The notes beneath the pieces were generated by a model. The model had not been told where the DNA came from and made no database searches. It saw only the letters and a list, made by a program, of their open reading frames with translations. A DNA stretch of 64,000 nt, from positions 12,755 to 76,754 of the forward strand of contig DLRQ01000090.1 of NCBI GenBank assembly GCA_002501135.1, written 5' to 3'. Both the position numbers and the translations under genes were made by a program. Source of the stretch: Candidatus Neomicrothrix sp. UBA7884 (GTDB lineage Bacteria > Actinomycetota > Acidimicrobiia > Acidimicrobiales > MedAcidi-G1). Positions 16,683-26,574 of this stretch are shown here, piece by piece (position 1 is the stretch's first letter; each line of letters starts with the position of its first letter).

Positions 16683-19099
16683 GCGCTGGTGACCGGGATC
16701 AGGATTCGGCCATCATTGCGGGGGGTGACGTGCAGCCTGGTGCCACCCTGAATACGGTCGTAGAGGGTGGTGCGCTGCTCGAGTGACCTGCCGAGGGGTT
16801 CGACCAGGTTTCTCATCTGTGGCGCGGTCATCATCTGACCGTGTTCGGCTCCGGCAGCGCGGGAGATGTTCTCGTCCACCAGCGTGCCGCCGAGGTCGTT
16901 GACCCCGGCCTGGAGCAGCTGCTGGACACCCGCATTTCCGATCTTCACCCAGGAGGCCTGGATATTGGGAATGAGGTCACCGTATGCAATGCGTGCGACG
17001 GCGTGGACCAGAAGGGTCTCGCGGAACGTGGGCCCACGCCGGGCCCTGTGCTGCAGGTAGATAGGCGATGCCATGTGTACGAACGGCAGCCCCACAAACT
17101 CGGTGAAACCGCCGGTCTCCTTCTGGAGGTCCCGGCAGAGCAACAGGTGTCGAACCCAGTGCTCGGGTCGTTCAACGGAGCCGAACATCATCGTCACGTT
17201 TGACGCCAGGCCGACGCTGTGGGCAGCCCTGTGGGCGTCCAGCCACTCATCGGTCGAGATTTTGTCAGGGCAGAGGACTTCGCGGATCTCGTCGTCGAGG
17301 ATCTCAGCGGCGGTTCCCGGCAACGATCTCAGGCCGGCGTCCATCAGGCGCTGCAGGTAACCGGTCAGGGGTTCGCCGAGACGACGGGCTCCCTCGGTCA
17401 CCTCGAGGGCGGTGAAGCCGTGGACATGGATGTCCGGTACCGCCTCGCGGACGGCCCGGGTCACCTCCACGTAGTAGTCGCCGTCGAAGTCGGGGTGGAT
17501 TCCGCCCTGCAGGCAGACCTCGGTAGCGCCCATGCGTGCTCCATCGGCGGCTCTCTCAGCGATCTCTGATATTTCCAGAAGGTATGGGGTGCCTCGCAGG
17601 TCCAGCGACATTGGCCCCTTGGAGAATCCGCAGAACCTGCACTTGTAGGTACAGATGTTGGTGTAGTTGATATTGCGGTTTGCCACGAAGGTGACCGCAT
17701 CGCCGTTGATTGTGCGTCGCAGGTCGTCGGCGACCTCGGCTACCGCTGTCACCTCACCACCCCTTGCTGAGAATAGGGCTACGAGTTCACCGTGCGCGGG
17801 TTCCTGGCCGTCCATCACGCCATCGAGCACCTCGGCAATACGCCCGGTTGAGTGTCGTGATCCAGGGAGGATGGCGACAGGAGGGTTGGCGGCTCCGGAG
17901 TACCAGGCAGTTGAGGTGGAGCTGAGTCGCCGAACCGGTGGACCGTCGCCGTCGGTGGTCTCCTCGAAGACCTCGGGAAAGACAGCCCCGGGGTCGTCGC
18001 GCGCCAGTGACTCGGAGTCGCTCCGGTCCAGTACGGCGAAGTGGAGGTCATCGTGCAGCCAGCGGTCGGCGTTGGAGGCGAACTCGGGGTAGATGGTCAG
18101 GCGGGGAGCGAGAACGTGTCCATGTCTCTCGGTTTCCATGCTGAGTGGCTCGAGGCCGGGCCATGGACGCTCCGGGTTCACGTGGTCAGCGGTAATCGGC
18201 GAAACGCCGCCCCAGTCGTCGATCCCTGCAGAGATCAGGTCGCCGAAGCTGTCAGACAGGTTTGGTGGAGCCTGCAGGTGAATCTCGGGCGGCAGCAGAA
18301 GCCGCGCCAGGGCGATTGTGTCTAGGTACTCATTGCGGTCACAGGGCGCCCAGTCGTGCATTGCGGTGCCTGGCTTGGGCAGGAAGTTCTGGACAATGAC
18401 CTCCTGAACATGGCCGTGGCGCCCGTGGGACTCCGCAATGGCCTGAAGTGTGCGGACACGGGAGGGCCTGTCCTCTCCGATGCCGACCAGAAGACCTGTC
18501 GTGAACGGGATCGAGAGGCGTCCCGCAGCCTCAAGGGTGTCAAGGCGCCGCTGTGGCTCCTTGTCGGGACAGGCCCTGTGGCAGGCCAGGTCGGGGTCGA
18601 GAGACTCGAGCATCATTCCCTGGGACGCGGAGACACCCCGGAGGGTCAGCAGTTCATCGGAGGTAAGTGCTCCGGCGTTCGCGTGCGGCAACAGCCCCGT
18701 CTCGTTGAGAACCAGTCGGGCCATCTCGGCCAGGTATTGAACGGTTGTGGTGAAGCCGTGTTCGGAGAGCCATTCAGCCGCTATCGGATAGCGGGACTCG
18801 GGGCTCTCGCCGAGGGTGAAAAGGGCCTCATGGCAACCGACGGCGGCACCAGCCCTGGCGATCTCGAGGACCTGCTCAGGCCCGAGATAGGGAGACTCCA
18901 GACGTGCAGGTGGACGGGCGAAGGTGCAGTAGCCGCAGCGGTCCCTGCACAGCATCGTCAGGGGAATGAAGACCTTCGGGCTGAAGGTAATGCGGTTGCC
19001 GTGGTGGCGGTCGCGTACAGCGCGTGCAGCTGCTCTGAGGTCCTCGCCGGTCAGGTCCACACAGGCGGGCGTGGCAGGCGTGGCTGGTGTTGATTCCAT
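16679..19099 (-). CDS. fbiC: FO synthase (7,8-didemethyl-8-hydroxy-5-deazariboflavin synthase), fused CofG/CofH
   Basis: 806 aa with two radical-SAM CxxxCxxC motifs (CRDRCGYCTF and CTYKCRFCGF), the actinobacterial FbiC fusion architecture. Confidence 0.93.
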   Translation of the reverse strand: MESTPATPATPACVDLTGEDLRAAARAVRDRHHGNRITFSPKVFIPLTMLCRDRCGYCTFARPPARLESPYLGPEQVLEIARAGAAVGCHEALFTLGESPESRYPIAAEWLSEHGFTTTVQYLAEMARLVLNETGLLPHANAGALTSDELLTLRGVSASQGMMLESLDPDLACHRACPDKEPQRRLDTLEAAGRLSIPFTTGLLVGIGEDRPSRVRTLQAIAESHGRHGHVQEVIVQNFLPKPGTAMHDWAPCDRNEYLDTIALARLLLPPEIHLQAPPNLSDSFGDLISAGIDDWGGVSPITADHVNPERPWPGLEPLSMETERHGHVLAPRLTIYPEFASNADRWLHDDLHFAVLDRSDSESLARDDPGAVFPEVFEETTDGDGPPVRRLSSTSTAWYSGAANPPVAILPGSRHSTGRIAEVLDGVMDGQEPAHGELVALFSARGGEVTAVAEVADDLRRTINGDAVTFVANRNINYTNICTYKCRFCGFSKGPMSLDLRGTPYLLEISEIAERAADGARMGATEVCLQGGIHPDFDGDYYVEVTRAVREAVPDIHVHGFTALEVTEGARRLGEPLTGYLQRLMDAGLRSLPGTAAEILDDEIREVLCPDKISTDEWLDAHRAAHSVGLASNVTMMFGSVERPEHWVRHLLLCRDLQKETGGFTEFVGLPFVHMASPIYLQHRARRGPTFRETLLVHAVARIAYGDLIPNIQASWVKIGNAGVQQLLQAGVNDLGGTLVDENISRAAGAEHGQMMTAPQMRNLVEPLGRSLEQRTTLYDRIQGGTRLHVTPRNDGRILIPVTSA

Positions 19100-19151
19100 T
19101 TCGGGAAACTAGCAGTCGACCGGGTCCGCAGGCCTACCGGCTGTAGGCAAC

Positions 19152-20240
19152 TCAGAGGGTGGCGGCCTTGTCGGTCAGGCTCACCAGCAGGTCGTCGAAG
19201 GAGGTGATGAAGGTATCGACACCCTCGACCTCGAGCTGGTCGGCCACGTCGTCAAGGTCGATACCGACGCCGGTTAGCGCCGCAAGGATATCCCGGCCGG
19301 CGGCCGGGTCTGCGTCGATGGTGCGCTCCACCGTGCCGTGCTCCTCGAATGCTTCAAGGGTTGCATCGGGGATCGTGTTGACCGTGTCGGGTCCGATGAG
19401 GGCATCGACGTACAGGGTGTCGGGGTAGTCGGGGTTCTTGGTGGAGGTTGAGGCCCACAGTGGGCGCTGGACCCGGGCCCCGCGTTTGACGAGCGCCTCC
19501 CAGCGCGGGCCACTGAAGGTGCTGCGGAACAGGTCGTAGGCGGCACACCCCTGTGCCACGGCGCCCCTGCCCCTCAGGTCGAGTGCTGCCGGTGTGCCGA
19601 TCGCCTCGAGGCGGCGGTCAACCTCGGTCTCGGTGCGGCTGATGAAGAAGGATGCCACCGAGGCCACCCCGGAGAGATCACCCGGACAGGCCTCGAGACC
19701 GGCGAGGTAGGCCTCCATGACCTGCTCGTAGCGATCGAGGGAGAAGATCAGGGTCACGTTTACACTCCGTCCCTCAGAGATCATCTGGCGAATCGACGGC
19801 ATTCCCTCAACGGTGGCAGGGATCTTCACCAGCAGGTTCGGCCTTGCTACCCGCTCACTGAGGTCCCTGGCAGCGGCAGTGGTGCCCTCGGTGTCGCTGG
19901 CCAGCGACGGATTGACCTCGACCGACACGTAGCCGTCGATGCCGCCGGACTCCTCGTAGACAGGCGTCAGGAGATCAAGGGCCGCCGTTATGTCGCTTGT
20001 GACGAGCTCCCAGTAGCTCTCCTCGATGGACCTGCCTTCGGCCTTCAGCGCAGCCAGTTGCTCGTCGTATGCGTCGGTGTCCGACATGGCTTTCTGGAAA
20101 ATCGATGGGTTCGAGGTGATACCGAGGACCCCACGGTCAATCCATGCCTGCAGCTCACCTGATGTGAGCCAGCCTCGCCTGAGGTTGTCGAGCCACGGGC
20201 TCTGCCCCTGTTCCCGGTGGAGATCATGGAGTCTGGTCAT
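19152..20240 (-). CDS. tal: transaldolase (actinobacterial long type)
   Basis: 362 aa. The N-terminus LHDLHREQGQSPWLDNLRR, plus LVKIPAT, is typical of Tal. Confidence 0.93.
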   Translation of the reverse strand: MTRLHDLHREQGQSPWLDNLRRGWLTSGELQAWIDRGVLGITSNPSIFQKAMSDTDAYDEQLAALKAEGRSIEESYWELVTSDITAALDLLTPVYEESGGIDGYVSVEVNPSLASDTEGTTAAARDLSERVARPNLLVKIPATVEGMPSIRQMISEGRSVNVTLIFSLDRYEQVMEAYLAGLEACPGDLSGVASVASFFISRTETEVDRRLEAIGTPAALDLRGRGAVAQGCAAYDLFRSTFSGPRWEALVKRGARVQRPLWASTSTKNPDYPDTLYVDALIGPDTVNTIPDATLEAFEEHGTVERTIDADPAAGRDILAALTGVGIDLDDVADQLEVEGVDTFITSFDDLLVSLTDKAATL

Positions 20241-20267
20241 TTGTTCCCCTGCTGTCTGATGGAAGGG

Positions 20268-22241
20268 TCAGGCTGTGAGTAGAGCACGGGCAGCTTCGGT
20301 GACGGCCTCTGGTGTAATCCCGAGCCTGGCCATGACCTCGTCCCCTGGGGCGGATGCCCCGAAGCGGTCGATCCCGACTGGAGTATCGGCCCACCTGGAC
20401 CAGCCGAAGGTGACACCGGCCTCCACCGAGACCACCGGTACCGATGGCGGCAGAACCTCGTCGTGGTAGGAATCTGTCTGAGCGGCGAACAGGTCGACGC
20501 TCGGCATGGAGACAACCCTGACGGCGACCCCGCCGGCGGTAAGCGTTGCCGCCGCGTCAAGGGCGACGCTGACCTCGCTGCCCGTTCCGACGATGACCAC
20601 GTCCGGGGGAGTGTCGGGGTCAGCGAGGACGTAGCCGCCCCTGGCGACATTTTCGTGGTCGTCGGTGCCGACCAGGACGGGAAGATCCTGGCGGGTTAGA
20701 AGCATCGCCACCGGTCCGCTGCCGTTGACCGCGTAGCGCCATGCGGAAGCAGTCTCGTTTGCGTCTGCGGGTCGGAACACCGTGAGATTCGGAATGGTTC
20801 TCAGCGATGCCGCATGCTCCACCGGCTGGTGGGTGGGCCCGTCCTCTCCCACCCCTACCGAGTCGTGGGTCCAGATGAACACGGTACGTGCACCGCTGAG
20901 GGCTGCCAGCCTGACGGCCCCGCGCATGTAGTCGCTGAATACGAGGAACGTGCCACATACCGGCAGGGCCCCACCGTGAAGGGCGAGCCCGTTGCAAATT
21001 GCACCCATGGCGTGCTCGCGGACTCCGAAGTAGATCTGGCGGCCCTCGGGACAGTCGACACCCTGCACTCCGTGTCCGCTGATCGTCGTACCTGTGTTGC
21101 CGGTCAGGTCAGCACCACCGCCGATCAGCCCGGGTACGACATCCAACAGCGCCTCGAGACAGGCGTTGCCGGCCTTGCGGGTTGCGACGGCCGCACCGGC
21201 CTCCCAGGTAGGGAGGCTCGCCTCCCAGCCCTCAAGGCCGCTGGCCGTCTGGCAGGCGTTCCATTCGTTGAGGTCGATGTCTGCCGACGCCAGACGTGCA
21301 GCCCATGCAGTGTGTTCCACGGCGCCACGGCGACCGGCACCAGCGTAGAAACTTCCCACGTCGTCTGAGATCCAGAACGACTCACCTGCTGGAAGACCCA
21401 GGCGCTCACGTGTCTCTGCAATGCCCTCGTCCTTGAGGGAGTAGCCGTGTACAGAGGATGTGTCGACATCTGGAGAGGGATTGCCGATGTGGCTTCGGAT
21501 GACCACCAGAGATGGCCGGTCAGGCTCATCCATAGCGTGTCGTATCGCTGACTCGATGGCGTCGAGGTCCTCGGCAGCCTCACCCAGATCGATCACGTGC
21601 CACCCGTAGGAGTCAAAACGGGCCGGAGCGTCATCGGAGAGGGCCAACTCAGTTGGCCCGTCGATGGTGATGTGGTTGTCGTCGTAGATGGTGATCAGTT
21701 TGCCGAGGCCGAGGTGGCCGGCGAGAGATGCGGCTTCGTGGCTGATTCCCTCAGCGAGATCGCCGTCACCGCACACGACGAAGGTGTGGTGGCTGCACAG
21801 GCCGGATCCGAATCGGGCTCTCAGGTTCCGCTCTGCTATCGCCATTCCAACGGCGTTGGCGAGGCCCTGGCCGAGCGGTCCAGTTGTGACCTCGACGCCG
21901 GCGGTGTGGCCGACCTCGGGATGTCCGGGAGTGGCCGAGCCCCACTGACGGAAGTCTCGGAGATCATCGAGGCTGAGGCCGTGCCCGGTCAGGTGGAGCA
22001 TCGAGTAGAGAAGCATCGAGGCGTGCCCGGCTGAGAGGATGAACCGGTCCCGGTCGGCCCACAGTGGGTCAGAGGCGTCATAGGTCATGATGCGGGTCCA
22101 TAGAACGTGGGCCAGCGGCGCAAGCGCCATAGCCGTTCCCTGATGTCCCGACCGGGCAGCGTGAGGGCCATCCATGGCCAGGCCCTTGATTACGGCAACT
22201 GCCTGTTGATCCAGTTCAGCATCGGTCATGTTTGTCATCAC
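20268..22241 (-). CDS. tkt: transketolase
   Basis: 657 aa with the TPP-binding region GDGDLAEGISHEA, HDSVGVGEDGPTHQP and a transketolase C-terminal domain. Confidence 0.95.
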   Translation of the reverse strand: MMTNMTDAELDQQAVAVIKGLAMDGPHAARSGHQGTAMALAPLAHVLWTRIMTYDASDPLWADRDRFILSAGHASMLLYSMLHLTGHGLSLDDLRDFRQWGSATPGHPEVGHTAGVEVTTGPLGQGLANAVGMAIAERNLRARFGSGLCSHHTFVVCGDGDLAEGISHEAASLAGHLGLGKLITIYDDNHITIDGPTELALSDDAPARFDSYGWHVIDLGEAAEDLDAIESAIRHAMDEPDRPSLVVIRSHIGNPSPDVDTSSVHGYSLKDEGIAETRERLGLPAGESFWISDDVGSFYAGAGRRGAVEHTAWAARLASADIDLNEWNACQTASGLEGWEASLPTWEAGAAVATRKAGNACLEALLDVVPGLIGGGADLTGNTGTTISGHGVQGVDCPEGRQIYFGVREHAMGAICNGLALHGGALPVCGTFLVFSDYMRGAVRLAALSGARTVFIWTHDSVGVGEDGPTHQPVEHAASLRTIPNLTVFRPADANETASAWRYAVNGSGPVAMLLTRQDLPVLVGTDDHENVARGGYVLADPDTPPDVVIVGTGSEVSVALDAAATLTAGGVAVRVVSMPSVDLFAAQTDSYHDEVLPPSVPVVSVEAGVTFGWSRWADTPVGIDRFGASAPGDEVMARLGITPEAVTEAARALLTA

Positions 22242-22350
22242 AGCCCCAGCTCGACGTCAGCGCGGCGCCACCATATCTGTCTGTCGATCGGCTGTCGGGT
22301 ACCGGATGCAACCTGACCCCTACGACGACGGGTCAACGACGAAATGCATC

Positions 22351-23460
22351 TCATTGAGCCGACGATGCTCCGAACAGGAGGCCACAGGCCGTATAGCCGT
22401 GAACGTGGTGGCCTGCTCCAACAGGGCCCATCTCGCCTGCACAGAACATGCCGCCGACAGCCGTGGTGTCGAGGCCGTCACAGAAAAGCTCGGCATCGTG
22501 GGAGGGTTTCGAAAAGAAACGCTTCCCGCGGCCGTTGCAGGTGAACAGCAGGGCGCTCTCTGCTCTAAGTGGGTGGAGCAGAGTAGCAAGTTCACTCGTG
22601 GCGACAGCGGGGTCCCTGACATGGAACTGGGCGGTCTCGCCGACGGCCGCCATGCCGGCGATGGCGACGCCTCCCGATGACCTGTCTGCCCCGACAACGT
22701 TTCGGACCAGAAAGTCACCAGTGCCCAGCACAGCGGAGTCCTCCTCCACTGCGAAGCCGATCTGCAGACCCTGTCTCATCAGGTCGCGATCTGTCTCTGA
22801 TGCAGAGGACAGAAGATCGTCGAGGCGCTGCACAGCAGGATGCCCACCCAGTTCGAGGATGAGGTTTCGGGAGGCTCCGGTGATTGTGAAGGGGTCTCCG
22901 ATGGGCCGGCAACCCTGGGAGACAAGCGGACGAATGCCGAGGCCCTCAGGCAGCACGGCCATTACTGATCCGCCTGTAGCGATCTCACTGTCGGCGATCA
23001 GGTGGTTGCCACCCGGAAATCGTGAGTGTGAGGCCAGGCCGCCCACCAGGACCACCTCTGGCGGTACGGAGGCCAGGGTTGTCGCGGCATCGAAGGTGAA
23101 CGGGTCAGCGAGAGCGAGTACTGATGAACCCGCTGGGATGGTGGCCAGGTCCTGATGACCGTCAGACGCGAGCATGTCGACGGGTCCTGTGTGTCCCGCC
23201 CACAGGACCACTGCCGCTGCCTCCTCGACCTCCTGGCGGTGTGCCAGCACTGAGGCGGCTGTGGCACCGATCAGGTGCCTGGGCTCGAGACCCTGGCGAA
23301 CCGTTCGAGCGATCAACTGCACCTCGTTCACGTGGGAACCTGAAACGAAGAGCACGGCCAGGCCTGGGGAAGTGCCGATCCGTTCAAGAATCTGGCCGAC
23401 GACCTCTGCCACGGCAACCCGGGGATCGCTGTGTTCAGAAAGTGCCGTCGCGTACCGCAT
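22351..23460 (-). CDS. FIST-domain signal-transduction/sensor protein
   Basis: FIST_N-like N-terminus and a FIST_C signature (LLFTCNGRGKRFF...GMFCAGEMGPVG). The track ORF extends to 23556. The ATG at 23460 (MRYATALSEH) avoids a divergent overlap with the next gene. Confidence 0.8.
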   Translation of the reverse strand: MRYATALSEHSDPRVAVAEVVGQILERIGTSPGLAVLFVSGSHVNEVQLIARTVRQGLEPRHLIGATAASVLAHRQEVEEAAAVVLWAGHTGPVDMLASDGHQDLATIPAGSSVLALADPFTFDAATTLASVPPEVVLVGGLASHSRFPGGNHLIADSEIATGGSVMAVLPEGLGIRPLVSQGCRPIGDPFTITGASRNLILELGGHPAVQRLDDLLSSASETDRDLMRQGLQIGFAVEEDSAVLGTGDFLVRNVVGADRSSGGVAIAGMAAVGETAQFHVRDPAVATSELATLLHPLRAESALLFTCNGRGKRFFSKPSHDAELFCDGLDTTAVGGMFCAGEMGPVGAGHHVHGYTACGLLFGASSAQ

Positions 23461-23500
23461 TGAATGAACATAGGGGACACATGCCGATACCCGTTTACGG

Positions 23501-24976
23501 GTGCGCGACCAGTTCCCTGAGAGGGCCCTACCATGGCGAGCCGTGATCAGGCGCATGCTGTTGCCCGTGCTGTTGTCGTCGGCCCTCCTGGCAGCGACAT
23601 GGCAGGTGAGATCCTCCGATGACGCAGCCGACCGGCCACCGCAGCCGCCGATGTCGCCCCCGGCAGCGTCTCTTGTAACGCCGCTAATCTCGGTTCGACG
23701 GATTCCTCTCTTTCTTCAGGCTCCTGAAGCCGACAGGCGTCTGGTCGCCGATCTCAGAGACGTGGTCTCCGGGCTTCCCGACAGCAGCTGTGTGGCAGTC
23801 ACCGAGTTCGGCCGTCTCATCTACGGCTTCAACGAAGTGTCGCCACTGATTCCGGCCAGCACCCAGAAGTTGCTCCTGGGGCTTGCAGCGCTGGAGACCA
23901 TGGGTGCCGACCATGTATTCACCACCCGCGTCGTGAGTCGTATTCCTCCCTTGAACGGCGTTGTGGACGGGGATGTCTGGCTTGTCGGAGGTGGTGACCC
24001 GGTTCTGATGACAGACGACTATGTGGACCGGTTCGACGACGAGATGGCCTTCACGAACATGGAGCGTCTGGCCGACGAGCTGGTCGGAGCCGGTGTGAGC
24101 TCCATCGCCGGCGCGGTGATCGGCGACGAAAGCCTCTTCGATTCCCTCCGCTACGTCGAGTCATGGCCAGAGCGCTTCAGACCCGGACAGCAGAACCAGG
24201 CAGGCCCCCTGAGCGCTCTTTCGGTCAACGACGGCTTCTCGTGGTGGCACGCCACAAACACTGCCAACGGCCTGAACACCCCCGCCGGAGACCCGGCAGC
24301 CTTCGCAGCGGCATTATTCGACGATCTCCTGGAGGATCGGGACATGGTGATCAGGAGGTCCGCTCAGGCCGGTGTTGCACCGCTCGACGCAGCAGTTGAG
24401 TTGGCCAGTATCGATTCGCCAACCCTTGCCGAGATCGTGACCCAGATGCTCGTCACATCCGACAACACGACAGCGGAGGTCCTCTTGAAGAATTTGGGCT
24501 CGACCGTGAGCCCACCTGGTTCCTCGGCCGCCGGTACCGGCGTAGTCCTTACTGCTCTGGGCGCCGCCGGTCACGACCTGAGCGGCGTGATGGCTGCAGA
24601 CGGCTCAGGACTCGATCCAGCGAACAGGGTTACCTGCCGTATCCTTACTGCCGTTCTCGAGGATGCCGAGCATGGTCCCGAGCTGGTATCAGGCCTTGCG
24701 GTGGCTGGACGCTCAGGAACCATGAGGCGCCGCCTGGTCGGATCCTCCGCCGAGGGCCGCGCCAGAGCCAAGACCGGAACCCTCCGTGATGTCACGAGCC
24801 TGGCCGGCCAGGTGGAGACCCTCGAGGGTAGAATCCTCTCGTTCGCAGTGCTGACCAATGCCGAGCCGCTTCCCGACAGGGTCAAGCACCTCCACGACCA
24901 GGTTGTCCTGAAGCTGGTGGCATATCCCTCCGGGCCGGACCTTGACCTGCTGGTACCGCTACCCGTTCCCGACTGA
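23501..24976 (+). CDS. dacB: D-alanyl-D-alanine carboxypeptidase/endopeptidase, PBP4 (peptidase S13) family
   Basis: SxxK (ASTQK), SxN (TSDNTTAE) and KTG (AKTGTL) motifs, with an N-terminal signal-like LLPVLLSSALLAA. An alternative in-frame GTG start lies at 23543. Confidence 0.88.
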   Translation: MRDQFPERALPWRAVIRRMLLPVLLSSALLAATWQVRSSDDAADRPPQPPMSPPAASLVTPLISVRRIPLFLQAPEADRRLVADLRDVVSGLPDSSCVAVTEFGRLIYGFNEVSPLIPASTQKLLLGLAALETMGADHVFTTRVVSRIPPLNGVVDGDVWLVGGGDPVLMTDDYVDRFDDEMAFTNMERLADELVGAGVSSIAGAVIGDESLFDSLRYVESWPERFRPGQQNQAGPLSALSVNDGFSWWHATNTANGLNTPAGDPAAFAAALFDDLLEDRDMVIRRSAQAGVAPLDAAVELASIDSPTLAEIVTQMLVTSDNTTAEVLLKNLGSTVSPPGSSAAGTGVVLTALGAAGHDLSGVMAADGSGLDPANRVTCRILTAVLEDAEHGPELVSGLAVAGRSGTMRRRLVGSSAEGRARAKTGTLRDVTSLAGQVETLEGRILSFAVLTNAEPLPDRVKHLHDQVVLKLVAYPSGPDLDLLVPLPVPD

Positions 24977-25033
24977 GCGGCGGCCGAAGCACGGGAGCAA
25001 CCCGGTTGACACCCGCTGTAGCGTTGTCTGCCC

Positions 25034-25333
25034 ATGGCACCGAAACGACCCTCCGGCGATCTGTTGGACCTGCTGCGCCGCTACCTGAGGGAGCAGACAG
25101 TCGATCCCCTCCGTGCCGCAGGCCGTTTTCTGATCTTTGGAGTCAGTGGCGCCCTGTTGATAGGCATCGGTGTCGTGATGCTGGCGGTCGGAGGGCTGAG
25201 GCTGCTCCAGGGGACCGCAATGCTGGACGGCTCCTGGTCATGGGCCCCGTACCTCCTGGTGGCCGCAGGGCTGGGGTGCGTAGTGGCCCTGTCCGTGACA
25301 AGGATCGGAGGCGGCCGTGGGCTCGACAGCTGA
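25034..25333 (+). CDS. small two-TM membrane protein (actinobacterial holin-X / DUF1469-like)
   Basis: 99 aa: an amphipathic N-terminus, then FLIFGVSGALLIGIGVVMLAVGG and APYLLVAAGLGCVVAL. The family name is motif-level only. Confidence 0.6.
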   Translation: MAPKRPSGDLLDLLRRYLREQTVDPLRAAGRFLIFGVSGALLIGIGVVMLAVGGLRLLQGTAMLDGSWSWAPYLLVAAGLGCVVALSVTRIGGGRGLDS

Positions 25334-25532
25334 GCAACCGGTCACCCGTGAGGACCTCGAGGAGGAACTTCGACGGACCATTGGTGGAGCAGGCGAGAAG
25401 GTCGAGGACCGCAAAGTCGGCATCGTGGCCGGCGTCGCGATCGCCGGAGGCATTGCGCTGCTGGCCGCCTACCTGATCGGGCGGCGCATCGGCAGGGTCA
25501 GGTCAACCGTGGTGGAGATCCGTCGGATCTGA
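25317..25532 (+). CDS. small C-terminally anchored membrane protein
   Basis: 71 aa: a charged N-terminal half, then VGIVAGVAIAGGIALLAAYLIG. It overlaps the previous gene by 17 nt and the next by 1 nt (TGATG). Confidence 0.55.
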   Translation: MGSTAEQPVTREDLEEELRRTIGGAGEKVEDRKVGIVAGVAIAGGIALLAAYLIGRRIGRVRSTVVEIRRI

Positions 25533-25804
25533 TGAGGCTGTCGACGCCGTCGCGCCTGACCGGCAAGCTTTTGCGCCGCAGCCTCCTCGGGGGCGGACGT
25601 CGCTGGCAGTTGGCCCTGGTTGTGGTCCTGGTGGGACGTGTCGTTCGACGTGCAACCAAGCTCGGTGCTGCACCGGTTGTGTTCAGTCGCTCCCTGAAGC
25701 CGGGTGATGGGGTTTTCGTCTCGCACCTGCCGGAGTCGGAGAATCCTGGGGCGGTCAGCTCAGGAACCGCTGCGTCCACGCGGCGGGTAGGCGACTTCAG
25801 ATGA
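25532..25804 (+). CDS. small hypothetical protein with one hydrophobic segment
   Basis: 90 aa with WQLALVVVLVGRVV. The start overlaps the upstream stop, and its own stop overlaps the trmI start (ATGA). This tight coupling argues for a real gene. Confidence 0.5.
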   Translation: MRLSTPSRLTGKLLRRSLLGGGRRWQLALVVVLVGRVVRRATKLGAAPVVFSRSLKPGDGVFVSHLPESENPGAVSSGTAASTRRVGDFR

Positions 25805-26574
25805 GCCGCATGCTCAACGCCGGGGACCAGGTGCTCCTGGTTGACAACAAGAAGAGGCGCTACCTGGTCACCCTCGAGGCTGGTGGCGAGTTCCACTCAC
25901 ACACCGGCGTTCTCAGCCACGACGATCTCATCGGATGCCCTGAGGGCGCGACACCGAAATCAAGTCGTGGCAGTTCCTTTGTGGCATTTCGGCCGACCCT
26001 CTCCGACTTCATTCTCAAGATGCCCCGTGGTGCCCAGGTCATCTACCCAAAGGATCTGGGTCCGCTTCTGCTGCTGGCCGACATCTTTCCAGGGGCGAAG
26101 GTGTTCGAGTCGGGTGTCGGCTCAGGCGCCCTGTCGATGACGATGCTGCGTGCCGGAGCCGAGATCACGGGCTACGACATCAGGGGCGACTTTGTCGAGA
26201 AGGCCCGCTCGAATGTCCTCACCATGCTTGGGGAGGAGGCGCTGGAGCGGTACACGGTAGAGATCCGCGATGCCTACGACGGAATCGACGTCGTCGACCT
26301 GGACCGTGTCGTCCTGGATCTGCCCGAGCCCTGGCAGGTGGTTCCGCATGCGGCACAGGCCCTGCAGGCTGGCGGCATCATCGTCGCCTACACGCCGAGC
26401 ATCCTCCAGGCCGTGAGGTTCAAAGATGCCCTCACCGCGAACGGCTTCGAGTTCGCAGAGACAATCGAGGTCCTGAACAGAAGTTGGCACATAGATGGCC
26501 TGGCGGTGAGACCCGACCACCGGATGGTCGCCCACACAGGCTTTCTCAGCCACGCACGCCTTCTCGGATCGTGA
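25801..26574 (+). CDS. trmI: tRNA (adenine58-N1)-methyltransferase TrmI (Rv2118c-like)
   Basis: GAQVIYPKDLGPLLLLADIFPGAKVFESGVGSGALS is the TrmI/GCD14 SAM-MTase motif. The position upstream of arc matches mycobacterial synteny. Confidence 0.9.
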   Translation: MSRMLNAGDQVLLVDNKKRRYLVTLEAGGEFHSHTGVLSHDDLIGCPEGATPKSSRGSSFVAFRPTLSDFILKMPRGAQVIYPKDLGPLLLLADIFPGAKVFESGVGSGALSMTMLRAGAEITGYDIRGDFVEKARSNVLTMLGEEALERYTVEIRDAYDGIDVVDLDRVVLDLPEPWQVVPHAAQALQAGGIIVAYTPSILQAVRFKDALTANGFEFAETIEVLNRSWHIDGLAVRPDHRMVAHTGFLSHARLLGS

